DNA of 64,000 bases, from positions 64,001 through 128,000 of the forward strand of contig JBHLLT010000005.1 of the NCBI GenBank assembly GCA_048938855.1, written 5' to 3'. Under the pieces are notes generated by a model. That model was given only the letters and a program-made list of their open reading frames with translations. It ran no database searches and was not told the origin of the DNA. Position numbers and translations under genes: made by a program. Shown here in pieces: positions 50,745-60,206 of this stretch. Source of the stretch: Promethearchaeota archaeon. GTDB taxonomy: Archaea; Asgardarchaeota; Lokiarchaeia; Sigyniarchaeales; SOKP01. Positions within the stretch are counted from its first letter, which is position 1. Every line of letters begins with the position of its first letter.

Positions 50745-51440
50745 ATGATAATTACACAACAAAAAGATGTAAGCGAAATATATGAATTGATAAAACCATA
50801 CGACAAAATTTTAATTACTGGTTGTGACGGGTGTTGTCAGCCTCCTCGATCTCTCAACGAAGCAAAACTTTTGGGACAATTATTAGAACTAAAAGCAAGG
50901 ACTGAAGGTAAAGAATTAAAATGGAAAGCTATTACAGTACTACGACAATGCGATGATAGGATCGTTGCTACGACATGTCGTCCTTATGAAGAAGACTTTG
51001 ATGCTGTTGTTTCTTTAGCGTGTGGACTAGGGGTTGTAATGATGAATAAAGTTCTTCCTAAGATTTTGACCTACCCTGCTCAAAATAGTATGTATGGAGG
51101 AGCTCAAGACAATAGCCAAAATAACTATATTGAATTATGTGAAACATGTGGGGATTGTATAATCGGTGAAACAGGTGGGGTGTGTCCTCGTGCGGGGTGT
51201 GCTAAACATCTCAGCAATGGACCCTGTGGAGGGATGGTTGAAGGTATGTGTGAAGTGGGTGGCTACACCATTCCCTGTGCGTGGGTACGGATATGGCAAA
51301 GATTAAAAGAATTTGATAGGCTTGATCTTTTCAAAAAATACCGAGGACCAAGAGATTATCGGAAGTCCACAAGTCCAGGTTATAGCAATATCCATAAAGA
51401 TTATACTAATATTGAAGAAAAAAAGGAGGCGAATAAGTAA
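50745..51440 (+). CDS. metV: Methylene-THF reductase Cys-rich subunit MetV
   Basis: GC.GC, RQCD, LACG.GV, C..CGDC....TGG.CP...CAK...NGPCGG...G.CEV...CAW. Confidence 0.9.
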   Translation: MIITQQKDVSEIYELIKPYDKILITGCDGCCQPPRSLNEAKLLGQLLELKARTEGKELKWKAITVLRQCDDRIVATTCRPYEEDFDAVVSLACGLGVVMMNKVLPKILTYPAQNSMYGGAQDNSQNNYIELCETCGDCIIGETGGVCPRAGCAKHLSNGPCGGMVEGMCEVGGYTIPCAWVRIWQRLKEFDRLDLFKKYRGPRDYRKSTSPGYSNIHKDYTNIEEKKEANK

Positions 51441-52394
51441 ATGGCAAAAAGACCAGCATATAGTAATTTATGTAAAGCAATTGAAGCAGGCCATTTTGTA
51501 TTTACTGGAGAGCTTGAGCCAAAGAAAATATTGAATCTTGACGAAATTATCCATTCTGCTAAAGAAATGAAAAAGACTGGTAGAATAGTAGCTGCTAACG
51601 TAACAGATGGCCCACAGGGTGATGCATACATGTCTTCAATGGTGCCAAGTTATCTTGTTCAAGAACAAGCAAATATCGAAGCTGTATGGCAAGTAACTGT
51701 AAGAGATAGAAATCGAGTAGCTCTTTTTGGAGACATTCTCTCAGGAGCAGTTCTTGGTTTAAAAAATATTCTTACTCTTACTGGAGACCATACTGCGTTA
51801 GGAGACCATAAAAAAGGACGTCCCGTATACGATATTGACAGCACACAATTTGTAGAAATGCTTTCTATGATGATTGATGAGGGTACGGATTATGAAGGAA
51901 ATGAAATTGAAGGTGGTAAAATTGAGATGAATTTTGGATGTGTTGCGAACCCTAATAGTGATCCACGCGAACCTGAAATCTTTAAGGTGGGTAGGAAGGT
52001 AGAACAAGGGGTAGATTTTATTCAAACTCAAACAGCATTCGATATTGATCAGGCTAAAGAATTTCTTAAAGAACTTGAACAATTCAATGTTCCTGTTTTA
52101 TTGGGGATCTTTCCTCTAAAATCTCATGGGATCGCATGGTACTTCGATAATTTTATTCCAGGTGTCTCAGTACCAAAGGAACTTCTTAAATCTCTTAAGA
52201 AGGCAGAGAAAGATAATAAAAGTAATAAACCTGCGAAGTATGCTGCTATTGATAAAATTAATATCGAATATTTCAAACCGTTCATTAATGAAATTAAGAA
52301 AACCACTAAAGTTGCTGGAATTCACTGCATGGCTGTTGAATATGAAAGGTTGTTCGCACCCCTTCTTGGAGATTATCCTGAATACGTAAAATAA
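51441..52394 (+). CDS. metF: Methylenetetrahydrofolate reductase MetF
   Basis: TGELEP, NVTD, Q.TVRDRNR, LTGD, G.DFIQTQ..FD, PGV.VP, G.H.M. Confidence 0.92.
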   Translation: MAKRPAYSNLCKAIEAGHFVFTGELEPKKILNLDEIIHSAKEMKKTGRIVAANVTDGPQGDAYMSSMVPSYLVQEQANIEAVWQVTVRDRNRVALFGDILSGAVLGLKNILTLTGDHTALGDHKKGRPVYDIDSTQFVEMLSMMIDEGTDYEGNEIEGGKIEMNFGCVANPNSDPREPEIFKVGRKVEQGVDFIQTQTAFDIDQAKEFLKELEQFNVPVLLGIFPLKSHGIAWYFDNFIPGVSVPKELLKSLKKAEKDNKSNKPAKYAAIDKINIEYFKPFINEIKKTTKVAGIHCMAVEYERLFAPLLGDYPEYVK

Positions 52395-52455
52395 GTCATA
52401 TATTTTGATTTTTTTATATTAAATGTTATATTTTTTTGAATTTAAATAAATAAAA

Positions 52456-52935
52456 GTGAGAAGAACCGTGAAAAATCTAGATGATAAAGATAAAAGAATT
52501 CTTGAAATGCTTCTCGAGGATTCTAGAAGACCATATCATGAAATTGCTGCAGATCCACAAGTTCAATTATCAGAATCTACGGTTAGGAAAAGAGTTATCA
52601 AATTACAAGAGGAAGGAGTAATTGAAAAATTCACTATAAAGATTTGCCGTGAAGATGAAAGATGTATAATTGCATTCCTTACATTAATTCCGAAAAGTTT
52701 AGCGGAAACAAAAGAATTATTAAGAGAAGCGCAAGTTCTACCTCAATGTGAAGAAGTTTATTTTCTTGCAGGGGAATGTGGCGTTTTAATAAAAGTAAAT
52801 GTACCTGAAATTATTGAATTAGATGCACTGATAGAGTCATTTCGTGGTCGTGCTGATGTAAAAAGCGTGGAGAGAGTTTGCGTTGTCCTTAGGCCTATAA
52901 AGACAATTATTGGGTCCCAGGGTCGAGTGCTTTAA
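52456..52935 (+). CDS. Lrp/AsnC-family transcriptional regulator
   Basis: LDDKD..IL..L..DSR, LSESTVRKRV.KL...GVI.KFT. Confidence 0.92.
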   Translation: MRRTVKNLDDKDKRILEMLLEDSRRPYHEIAADPQVQLSESTVRKRVIKLQEEGVIEKFTIKICREDERCIIAFLTLIPKSLAETKELLREAQVLPQCEEVYFLAGECGVLIKVNVPEIIELDALIESFRGRADVKSVERVCVVLRPIKTIIGSQGRVL

Positions 52936-53064
52936 ATTATTTTTAAATATTTTTTAGAAAAAAGTTAGAACTGGACTAGTCTCAATATCTTCACAGAATT
53001 CTTACTCCAAAAAAAAACATTTTTAAAAGTAAATAATATTTATTCTCACTTTAATTACTTACAC

Positions 53065-53985
53065 GTGATTTTATTGAGAAAATTTGTCAATAATGTTTAT
53101 ATAGTGAAACCTTTTAATCCTAATACACCTGATTGCTGTGTGTATATGGTTGATACTAGAAGTGAAGATGGCTTAGTATTAATTGATGTGGGGACAAGCT
53201 TTGAACCTATTCAAGATATTGAGAAAGAGGGATTTGCACTCAAGAATATTAAACACTGCCTTATAACTCATGGTCATTTTGATCATTATGGAGCTTGCTT
53301 TAAACTAAAAGAGTATAATAAAGATATTAAATTTTATGCCCATGAATTGGATGTTAAGGCTATTGAACAAGAAATAATAAATCCTAATATTGCCCAGCTT
53401 TATGCAGAGTATAAATATGAACGGATTAAAATCACCAATAAAGTAAAGGCTGATAACGAACTCTTAAAATTTGGGAATTTAGAATTTAGATGTATACATA
53501 TTCCTGGGCATACTCCTGGATCAGTTGCTTATCTCTTAGAATTGGAAGGAAAAAAGATTTTATTTGCTGGAGATCTTCCAGGTATAGCTATAAATTATCA
53601 GGGAGGTAATTTAGGAGCTTATCTTAAATCAATGCACAAGCTATTAAACTTAGAAATTGATATTAGCTGTGAAGGTCATGAAGATCTCATATTTCCAGCA
53701 GAAAGAGTGAAGAAGTACATTAAAGGATACATGAAGCTTAATGAGAAACTCAACATTGTAGTACTAGAAAACCCATCTGATATTGAATCCTTACTTGAGT
53801 TGGCAAAAGTATCAAAAGAGCTTTCATTTTATGAAAATGTACTAGATTTTAGTAATTATGTACTAGAAATTGCACCAGATAATAAGCTCGCTAAAAATCT
53901 AATTAGAGAAGCAAAGAAACATAATCCAGCAAAAATTAATTGGATTAAAGGCTTAATAGAACGAGCCTCCGAATCGAGAAAATAG
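53065..53985 (+). CDS. Metallo-beta-lactamase-fold hydrolase with C-terminal TPR-like helices
   Basis: THGHFDH, PGHTPGS, GD, GH. Confidence 0.9.
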   Translation: MILLRKFVNNVYIVKPFNPNTPDCCVYMVDTRSEDGLVLIDVGTSFEPIQDIEKEGFALKNIKHCLITHGHFDHYGACFKLKEYNKDIKFYAHELDVKAIEQEIINPNIAQLYAEYKYERIKITNKVKADNELLKFGNLEFRCIHIPGHTPGSVAYLLELEGKKILFAGDLPGIAINYQGGNLGAYLKSMHKLLNLEIDISCEGHEDLIFPAERVKKYIKGYMKLNEKLNIVVLENPSDIESLLELAKVSKELSFYENVLDFSNYVLEIAPDNKLAKNLIREAKKHNPAKINWIKGLIERASESRK

Positions 53986-54018
53986 TAATGTTTTTAAAAA
54001 ATACAGTTTATTTAAATT

Positions 54019-54621
54019 CTAGTTAAACCAATTAACAGCTGAAACTAACTTGTGCTTATAATATTTCCCTAAAATTAATCTTAGGATGTCCTCAAAACAA
54101 TCTAAAACCCCCTCTCCACTAAGCGCAATTGTAAATTTCCACTCTAAAACCCTAAATTTATCATACTTTATTTCATCTAAGAAATTTCTTGGATTAAATT
54201 TGTCTGGTAAATCTTGTTTGTTAAATGCAAGAATTATTGGTATTTCTTTGAGTGATTCACGGAAATAAGAGATAAGTTCTTGCCACGATGCTAAATTGCG
54301 CTCATATACTTCCTCTTGAGAATCAGCTATAAAAATGATACCATCAACAGCTCTTAGGGTTATTGGTCTGGTAACAAAATAAAAATCTTGTCCAGTTGTA
54401 GTATAGATGTGTAGTTTTAATTTCCATTCCTCATTTTGGAATGTAACAGTACCATAATCAAAAAATAACGTCCTATTTACTGTAGATTCAATACTTTGGA
54501 GTGCTTCTCCCTTTCCAAAGTGGGAAAACAAAGCTTTTATAGTAGTAGTCTTTCCTGATAGTGCTGGACCAAAATACACAATTTTAATGCTGATTGTCTT
54601 ATCACAGTGATCAATAATCAT
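54019..54621 (-). CDS. MglA-like small GTPase
   Basis: KIVYFGPALSGKTT, RTLFFDY, TTGQ, DGIIF.ADS, NKQD. Confidence 0.9.
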   Translation of the reverse strand: MIIDHCDKTISIKIVYFGPALSGKTTTIKALFSHFGKGEALQSIESTVNRTLFFDYGTVTFQNEEWKLKLHIYTTTGQDFYFVTRPITLRAVDGIIFIADSQEEVYERNLASWQELISYFRESLKEIPIILAFNKQDLPDKFNPRNFLDEIKYDKFRVLEWKFTIALSGEGVLDCFEDILRLILGKYYKHKLVSAVNWFN

Positions 54622-54688
54622 GATTATAGATCTAAAAGAACATTTTTAAAAGCCAATTTTTTAAAGATATTGTAATATTTAAAAATTG

Positions 54689-54724
54689 CTTGATATTATC
54701 AAGTATTTAGTAGACTTTGTCAAG
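54689..54724. promoter_or_regulatory. Tandem palindromic operator candidates upstream of the MarR-GNAT gene
   Basis: CTTGATA-T-TATCAAG (perfect 7-1-7, 54689-54703) and related GTAGAC-TTT-GTCAAG (54710-54724), 21 bp apart, abutting TTTAAATATATAA. Confidence 0.6.
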
Positions 54725-54762
54725 ATTTAAATATATAAAATCATAATATAATTTGAAAAACT

Positions 54763-55686
54763 ATGATAGCAGAATTGGAGAAAATTAGAAAAATACGTAG
54801 CTTTAACCGTTTTTACACTAATTTACTTGGTTTGCTGGAAAGAACACTCCTAAAAAGTGAATATTCTTTAACCGAAGTAAGAATAATGTTTGAGCTAAAT
54901 CGCTTATCCTCAACTACTGCTAGTGAACTTGTTAGAATGCTTCAATTGGATCCAGCATATCTAAGTAGAATTTTAAGTAGTTTTGAGAGAAATAAACTGA
55001 TTCATAAGAAACAATCAAATCAAGATATGCGTAAGCAGTTGCTTTCTTTAACGACTGAGGGAAAAAAAGTAATATCGGAACTTCAGGATAAAGCAGATGA
55101 GCAAATTAAGGATTTACTTACCAACATACCAAACAATGAACAAAATCAACTTGTAACTGCGATGAGTAATATTGAGCGAATTTTAAACCCTGAACATCCT
55201 AAATCAGGATTTTATAATATCCGCTCACACAGGCCAGGGGATATAGGATATATTATCTTTAGGCATGGAGTGATTTATGCCATGGAGTATCAACTTGATG
55301 AGACTTTTGAAGCTTATGTGGCTAAATATATGGCAGAATTTATTGAAAATTACAATAGAAACACCGAAAGATTATGGATTGTTGAGAAAGGAACTGAGAT
55401 TATTGGTTCAATCGCTATTGTCAAAAATGATGATACAACTGCACAATTACGATGGCTTCTAGTTGAACCTCATATGCGGAATAAGGGAATCGGAACAAAA
55501 CTCATGGATGAAGCACTCAATTTTTGTAAAAATCGGGGTTATCAAAAAATAATATTAGGGACATTTAGTGATCTATTAAACGCTCGTAGGTTATATAAAA
55601 AAAATGGTTTTCAATTAGTTCAATCTAAATCTCACACGATTTGGGGCCAAAACTTAACAGAAGAGCAATGGGAGTTGAAGTTATAG
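54763..55686 (+). CDS. Bifunctional MarR-family HTH / GNAT acetyltransferase
   Basis: IRSFNRFYT..LGLL, LD.AYLSRIL, RPGDIG..RHG.IY..EY, AQLRW.LVEP..R.KGIG. Confidence 0.93.
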   Translation: MIAELEKIRKIRSFNRFYTNLLGLLERTLLKSEYSLTEVRIMFELNRLSSTTASELVRMLQLDPAYLSRILSSFERNKLIHKKQSNQDMRKQLLSLTTEGKKVISELQDKADEQIKDLLTNIPNNEQNQLVTAMSNIERILNPEHPKSGFYNIRSHRPGDIGYIIFRHGVIYAMEYQLDETFEAYVAKYMAEFIENYNRNTERLWIVEKGTEIIGSIAIVKNDDTTAQLRWLLVEPHMRNKGIGTKLMDEALNFCKNRGYQKIILGTFSDLLNARRLYKKNGFQLVQSKSHTIWGQNLTEEQWELKL

Positions 55687-55772
55687 TTTCATAAAAAAAG
55701 TTCTAGAGAAGTTCAAGAATTACATCTATTTATTGAAAAAAACATATTCCAATCTATATACTAAATATAAAA

Positions 55773-56138
55773 GTGGTTGCTTTGAATATAGAAGATAGAA
55801 ACAAAATTGAAAAAATTATTAAAGATAGGAATGAAAGTGATAAAAAATTAAAAGAATTCAACTCAAAAGTTTACAGTGCTTTTTTAAATATGGAAAGACA
55901 AACATACTCGGATAGAATTCTAAAAAAAGTTTATAAAGAGTTAATAGCAGTAGGTATTTCGATTGTATTAAATTGTGAATCATGTATGGAATGGCATATT
56001 AAAGAAGCTTTAAGATCTGGGGCCTCTGAAGGACAAGTTTTAGAAGCAATTGAAGTTGGAATTGAAATGGGTGGAGGTCCTGCAACGGTTTCAAGTAGGT
56101 TCGCCTTGAAAGTATTAGAATATTACATTTCCTCTTAA
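55773..56138 (+). CDS. Carboxymuconolactone decarboxylase/AhpD-like protein
   Basis: KELIAVGIS...CESC..WH..A...GA...EA. Confidence 0.9.
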   Translation: MVALNIEDRNKIEKIIKDRNESDKKLKEFNSKVYSAFLNMERQTYSDRILKKVYKELIAVGISIVLNCESCMEWHIKEALRSGASEGQVLEAIEVGIEMGGGPATVSSRFALKVLEYYISS

Positions 56139-56313
56139 TAATCTTTAAAAAGACTAAAATTAACCCTTCATCTTCAAAAATTGTCTTAATATTTGGAATT
56201 GGAAACCTAGAAAACTTTTAATTGTTGAATTTAATTAAAAAAATAATCATAAATAATATTTTGAAAGAGGTTTTTCTAATTTTATAGAAATTTAATCTCT
56301 TCTAAAGATACTA

Positions 56314-57480
56314 ATGATCAGAGTAGCCAGAATTAAAAAAAATCTTAAACAATTTGCTTTTCCTCGATTATCAGGAACAAGATTTGAACTTGAAGCTTTC
56401 AATAAAGTAAAAAGGGAAGTAGAGAATTTAAATTTGGATTACGAAATCCAACGTTTTACATTTAGCTCTTTTTATTCGCGATTGTATCCTAAAATAGCAT
56501 TTTCATCAGGATCATTAATTTTTATATTACTATTAATATTTTTGAATATTTCTATGATTTTATCTTTAGTTTTGATTTTTGTATTACTGAGTATAGTTAT
56601 AGTGTCATTTGCCTTGACTAGAAATCCTGAAAAAATTAAAATTTATTCAAAATTGAAATCTCAAAACCTACTTACTAAGATTAAATCTAATTCAAATAAA
56701 GCTGAGAATCCTAATAGAGTTGCCTTATTTATGAGTCATTTGGATTCCAAGGGACAAAGATTCACTATCAGAATCCGGATAAGAGTAATCAAGTTATGGA
56801 TTGCCTCATCAGTTGTTCTACCTTTTTTTATTGTACTTAGAAACTTTCAATTTCTAGGTTTAGAGCTGATATTTTTAATTACAGGGCTGATTCCGTTAAC
56901 ATTAAATATATTTGCTTCTGTAATACTAGTTCTAAATAAAACTGAAAATAGTTCTATGGGTGCAGTTGATAACGCATCAGGTATAGCATGCAATTTAGAA
57001 CTTCTAAATTATTATAATAACCCTGAAAATAGATTAAAGAATTACGACATGTGGTTTCTTTTTAGTGGTGCTGAAGAATGCGGAACAATTGGTATTAGGC
57101 ATTTCTATAATAAATTAAATAATTTTGATCCTGAAAAATCAGTAATATTTAATTTTGAATCTATCGCCAATTTTGTATTTCTTTTTCCAGGAGATAATGA
57201 AGGAAGTCATCTCCAAGATATTGACCATTTGTTATTGAATAATAATAGAAGACTTCCTATCAGACATTATTTTACAAGTAGAGTATTAGGCACTCATTCT
57301 GATGGTGGTTTTTTAGGAGATAAGGGATTTCAAGGATATGGAATTGGTGAGGTTCAAGCATATGAGTATATGCACACCCCAAACGATACTATTGATAAAG
57401 TAAATACTGTAATTTTAAAGAAATTATGTTTGGTTCTTACAGATACTTTAAAAGAACATGATTCCAACTTTACGTTCTAA
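56314..57480 (+). CDS. M28-family membrane metallopeptidase
   Basis: SHLDS, GAVDNASG, GAEE.G..G, SD, HTP.D; four internal TM helices. Confidence 0.88.
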   Translation: MIRVARIKKNLKQFAFPRLSGTRFELEAFNKVKREVENLNLDYEIQRFTFSSFYSRLYPKIAFSSGSLIFILLLIFLNISMILSLVLIFVLLSIVIVSFALTRNPEKIKIYSKLKSQNLLTKIKSNSNKAENPNRVALFMSHLDSKGQRFTIRIRIRVIKLWIASSVVLPFFIVLRNFQFLGLELIFLITGLIPLTLNIFASVILVLNKTENSSMGAVDNASGIACNLELLNYYNNPENRLKNYDMWFLFSGAEECGTIGIRHFYNKLNNFDPEKSVIFNFESIANFVFLFPGDNEGSHLQDIDHLLLNNNRRLPIRHYFTSRVLGTHSDGGFLGDKGFQGYGIGEVQAYEYMHTPNDTIDKVNTVILKKLCLVLTDTLKEHDSNFTF

Positions 57481-57624
57481 GAATCATAAAAAGCATCTCA
57501 TAAAGGTATACAAGCTAATATTAACAAATTGAGTGAAATTTTGATATAGGTTATGAAAAAAAATATATATAAGATTTGGATCTTATAACGAAATACTTTT
57601 TTTCAAAAAAAATTTAAAATTTGG

Positions 57625-58395
57625 TTGAGATTTATGCCGATTGATAGAAAAAGTCTGATAGTTATAATTATGGCTATTTTTATTGCAGGAGGAGTGTCTG
57701 GTGGTTTTATAGGTTATTATTTTCCTAGATTAGGGGAAGGAAGAACGTTTAATGCCGTTGTTGACGGCAATTTTAATGCTGCTGAAGGATGGCAATACTC
57801 AGATTGGCAATTCATAGAGTATTTGCTAACTGATGATGATAATTTAGCGACACATAATTTCTTTTATGTCCATTTAACTACCGATTCACTATATATTCTA
57901 ATAGATTTTGCAAGTGATATTACTTCCGACACTACTGGTGAATTTCTTGCTGTTTGGATTGATACTGACAATTCTCTTAGCGAATTTACAAGTGATATCC
58001 ATTGGAATGCCTTCGCTACAAATCCAGGACATGAATTGTTATGTTATATTCCACAAGCGGAACATATCAATTCTACTCTTAATTTAGGGGGTCATGAATA
58101 CAATACAACCTTAAATCATACAATTTCTAGAGTGGAATATGGATTCCAATCTTCAATAAATTCTCCAAATTTGCATCGCATTTTTGAAATAGAAATAGAG
58201 AGAACAGCTTTAAAAGGACTTAATTCTACAAATTTCAATGTAGCATTTCTAGGATATGGAACTGTGTTTATTCCAATATATATTGATTATGGTTTTTGGG
58301 GTGCTCCAACACTTTTTGCTTCAGAATTCTATGATCACAGTGGATGGGTGAGAGAACGGACTTACTTCAAATGTGGATATGGAGTAGAAATGTAG
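57625..58395 (+). CDS. Membrane-anchored extracellular protein, possible CBM9/DOMON-like beta-sandwich
   Basis: One N-terminal TM; VDG...W, LYILIDF, VWIDTDN, FEIEI; several N-x-T sequons. Confidence 0.55.
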   Translation: MRFMPIDRKSLIVIIMAIFIAGGVSGGFIGYYFPRLGEGRTFNAVVDGNFNAAEGWQYSDWQFIEYLLTDDDNLATHNFFYVHLTTDSLYILIDFASDITSDTTGEFLAVWIDTDNSLSEFTSDIHWNAFATNPGHELLCYIPQAEHINSTLNLGGHEYNTTLNHTISRVEYGFQSSINSPNLHRIFEIEIERTALKGLNSTNFNVAFLGYGTVFIPIYIDYGFWGAPTLFASEFYDHSGWVRERTYFKCGYGVEM

Positions 58396-58468
58396 AAAGC
58401 ATTCTTAAAACTATTTAATTTTTTTTTTTGTTAAATACTATATTTGGTAATTTCACTAAATTTGTGAG

Positions 58469-58640
58469 TTAAAATTTAAAAAGAATTATATTATCCATTA
58501 GAGAAAGAACTCCTGCTCTAAAAAAATGATCAGTAATGTGAATCGATTCAAACCCTAGTCCTTCAACTTTTAGTGTTAAATCTTTAATATCGGGATATGT
58601 ATGGTGCGTTAAATCTCTTAGTGAATATCTAAATCTCATA
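58469..58640 (-). pseudogene. 5' remnant of an LLM-class (luciferase-like, possibly F420-dependent) oxidoreductase
   Basis: 'MRF...Y.DIK.L..KVE.LGFESIHITDHFF' matches the LLM N-terminus, then the frame terminates. Confidence 0.6.
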
Positions 58641-58821
58641 AGTTTAAAAAAACAATTGATATAATCAGTCTTATCGTTTATAGGGGAAAATGATATTGCT
58701 TCATATAAAGAAGAATTTTTAAATAAAGTGAAATAATTAAAATCTTGGTACAATAATATGTACATGAATGTCCAAAATTAAAAGAATTTTAAATCAAAAT
58801 TATTTAAGAAGGTGATAATTA

Positions 58822-59118
58822 ATGGGTATATATTTAATTCTATGGGAAGTAGATTGGACTAAAATTCCAATCGATAGAAAAGAAAGAGGTATAGGCTGGA
58901 ATGGGTTATTAGCTTTAGTAAGGAAAGATATGCAAGAAGGGATAACAAAAGATTGGGGAGCATTCGTAGGTGAAACAAAGGGTTATAGCATCATGGATGC
59001 TTCAGAGGTAGAGCTTGGTAAGGCATTACAAAAATATGTTCCATTTACTAAATTTGATATAAAGGCAATCGCAACATTAGATCAAGTTCAAGAAGTTATA
59101 GATGATTTAAAAAAGTAA
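58822..59118 (+). CDS. Small DUF3303-like (ferredoxin-like fold) protein
   Basis: G..KDWGAF.G...GY.I, Y.PF..F.I pattern; GGTGA RBS upstream. Confidence 0.6.
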   Translation: MGIYLILWEVDWTKIPIDRKERGIGWNGLLALVRKDMQEGITKDWGAFVGETKGYSIMDASEVELGKALQKYVPFTKFDIKAIATLDQVQEVIDDLKK

Positions 59119-59159
59119 ACTAAACTTAGCCAAATAAGCCAAATGAATTTCGCTATCTT

Positions 59160-59352
59160 ACTTTTTTTTTTGATTTTTAATATTAATTTAACCTTTTTTG
59201 CTACTTCATAAATATCCTTATCCGTACTCTCTAGATGATCTTCAATTTTAGGGTGTTCCATGACGAATTTTCTACTATCTAAGCATAGTGTTAGCTCCTA
59301 ACTTCACTCGGGTATTTTTTTGAAAATTTTACACATCTCTTCGTATGAGAAA
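59160..59352 (-). pseudogene. Possible decayed gene fragment
   Basis: FSYEEMCKIFKKIPE*S*ELTLCLDSRKFVMEHPKIEDHLESTDKDIYEVAKKVKLIL with two in-frame stops. Confidence 0.35.
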
Positions 59353-59378
59353 CTTAAACAGTGTCAAGAAACTTAAAC
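59348..59378. repeat. 12-bp direct repeat AGAAACTTAAAC x2 with 7-bp spacer
   Basis: Copies at 59348-59359 and 59367-59378. Confidence 0.8.
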
Positions 59379-59471
59379 TTTTAATATGATAATTAAGCAC
59401 TAAACTATAAAAAATAAAATCGTAATTTACTTATTTATTTTTAAAAATAATAAATATTATTACCAAACTAA

Positions 59472-59933
59472 ATGTCAGTAAAAGGATTTAACTCAAAAGA
59501 ATTAGAAGAGCTAAAATCAATTAAAATAGGTAAATGGGATATAATCTCAGAATATCATCGAATTGACTGGGTTAAAGCTGGATATAATGAAGAAGAAGCA
59601 AAAATTCATGGTATTGTGATAGCAATTGTTGGATATCAAGCACGATTAGGAAAGGAAACTCAAAAATACAAATTAGAACAAAAAGGAAAAGAAAAAGGTG
59701 TATCAGTAGTCCATAGAAAACAAGAGAAATGGATTACGACGAAAGAATTTGATAAAATTATAAATAAAATTGGCGATAAATATTATAAAGAAGTATTCTC
59801 TCCTGCCATAGAAAACTTATATAATAAAGGTTATTCTTACGACGAGGTAAAGAAAGCAGTTGATATCCCATCAAAAATAGGAGCTAAAATAACCTTAGAT
59901 AAATTTATACCTTATCTGTCAACTTATTTATAA
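59472..59933 (+). CDS. Hypothetical protein
   Basis: 153-aa ATG ORF with host-like codon usage; no family recognised. Confidence 0.65.
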   Translation: MSVKGFNSKELEELKSIKIGKWDIISEYHRIDWVKAGYNEEEAKIHGIVIAIVGYQARLGKETQKYKLEQKGKEKGVSVVHRKQEKWITTKEFDKIINKIGDKYYKEVFSPAIENLYNKGYSYDEVKKAVDIPSKIGAKITLDKFIPYLSTYL

Positions 59934-60206
59934 TTATAAGAAAGAAAAACGATTTAACCTCATCTTCTTTGCTAACTTCTAAAATTTCCTTTATTTTTTC
60001 TTTACTAGCTTTTATATCACCCATAAATAAGTATTGTAAATTTGACGTAGAGATTTTTCTCTCTTTTATCGGAGCCAAAATATTGGTCTATTGTTTTTTT
60101 ATATAGTATCAAAAATATTAATCTAATAACCAATAAAATCGGTTTAATATATTTCATTTCGATATTGAAACATAATGAGTGAATTATAAAAATAGAAGTA
60201 TTTGTT

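Noticed and set aside
1647-55462. Many 60-120 aa ORFs nested in or antisense to long genes (e.g. 5097-5456, 33693-34019, 35746-36015, 46430-46762)
   Set aside because: Shadow ORFs of well-supported genes, with no motifs.
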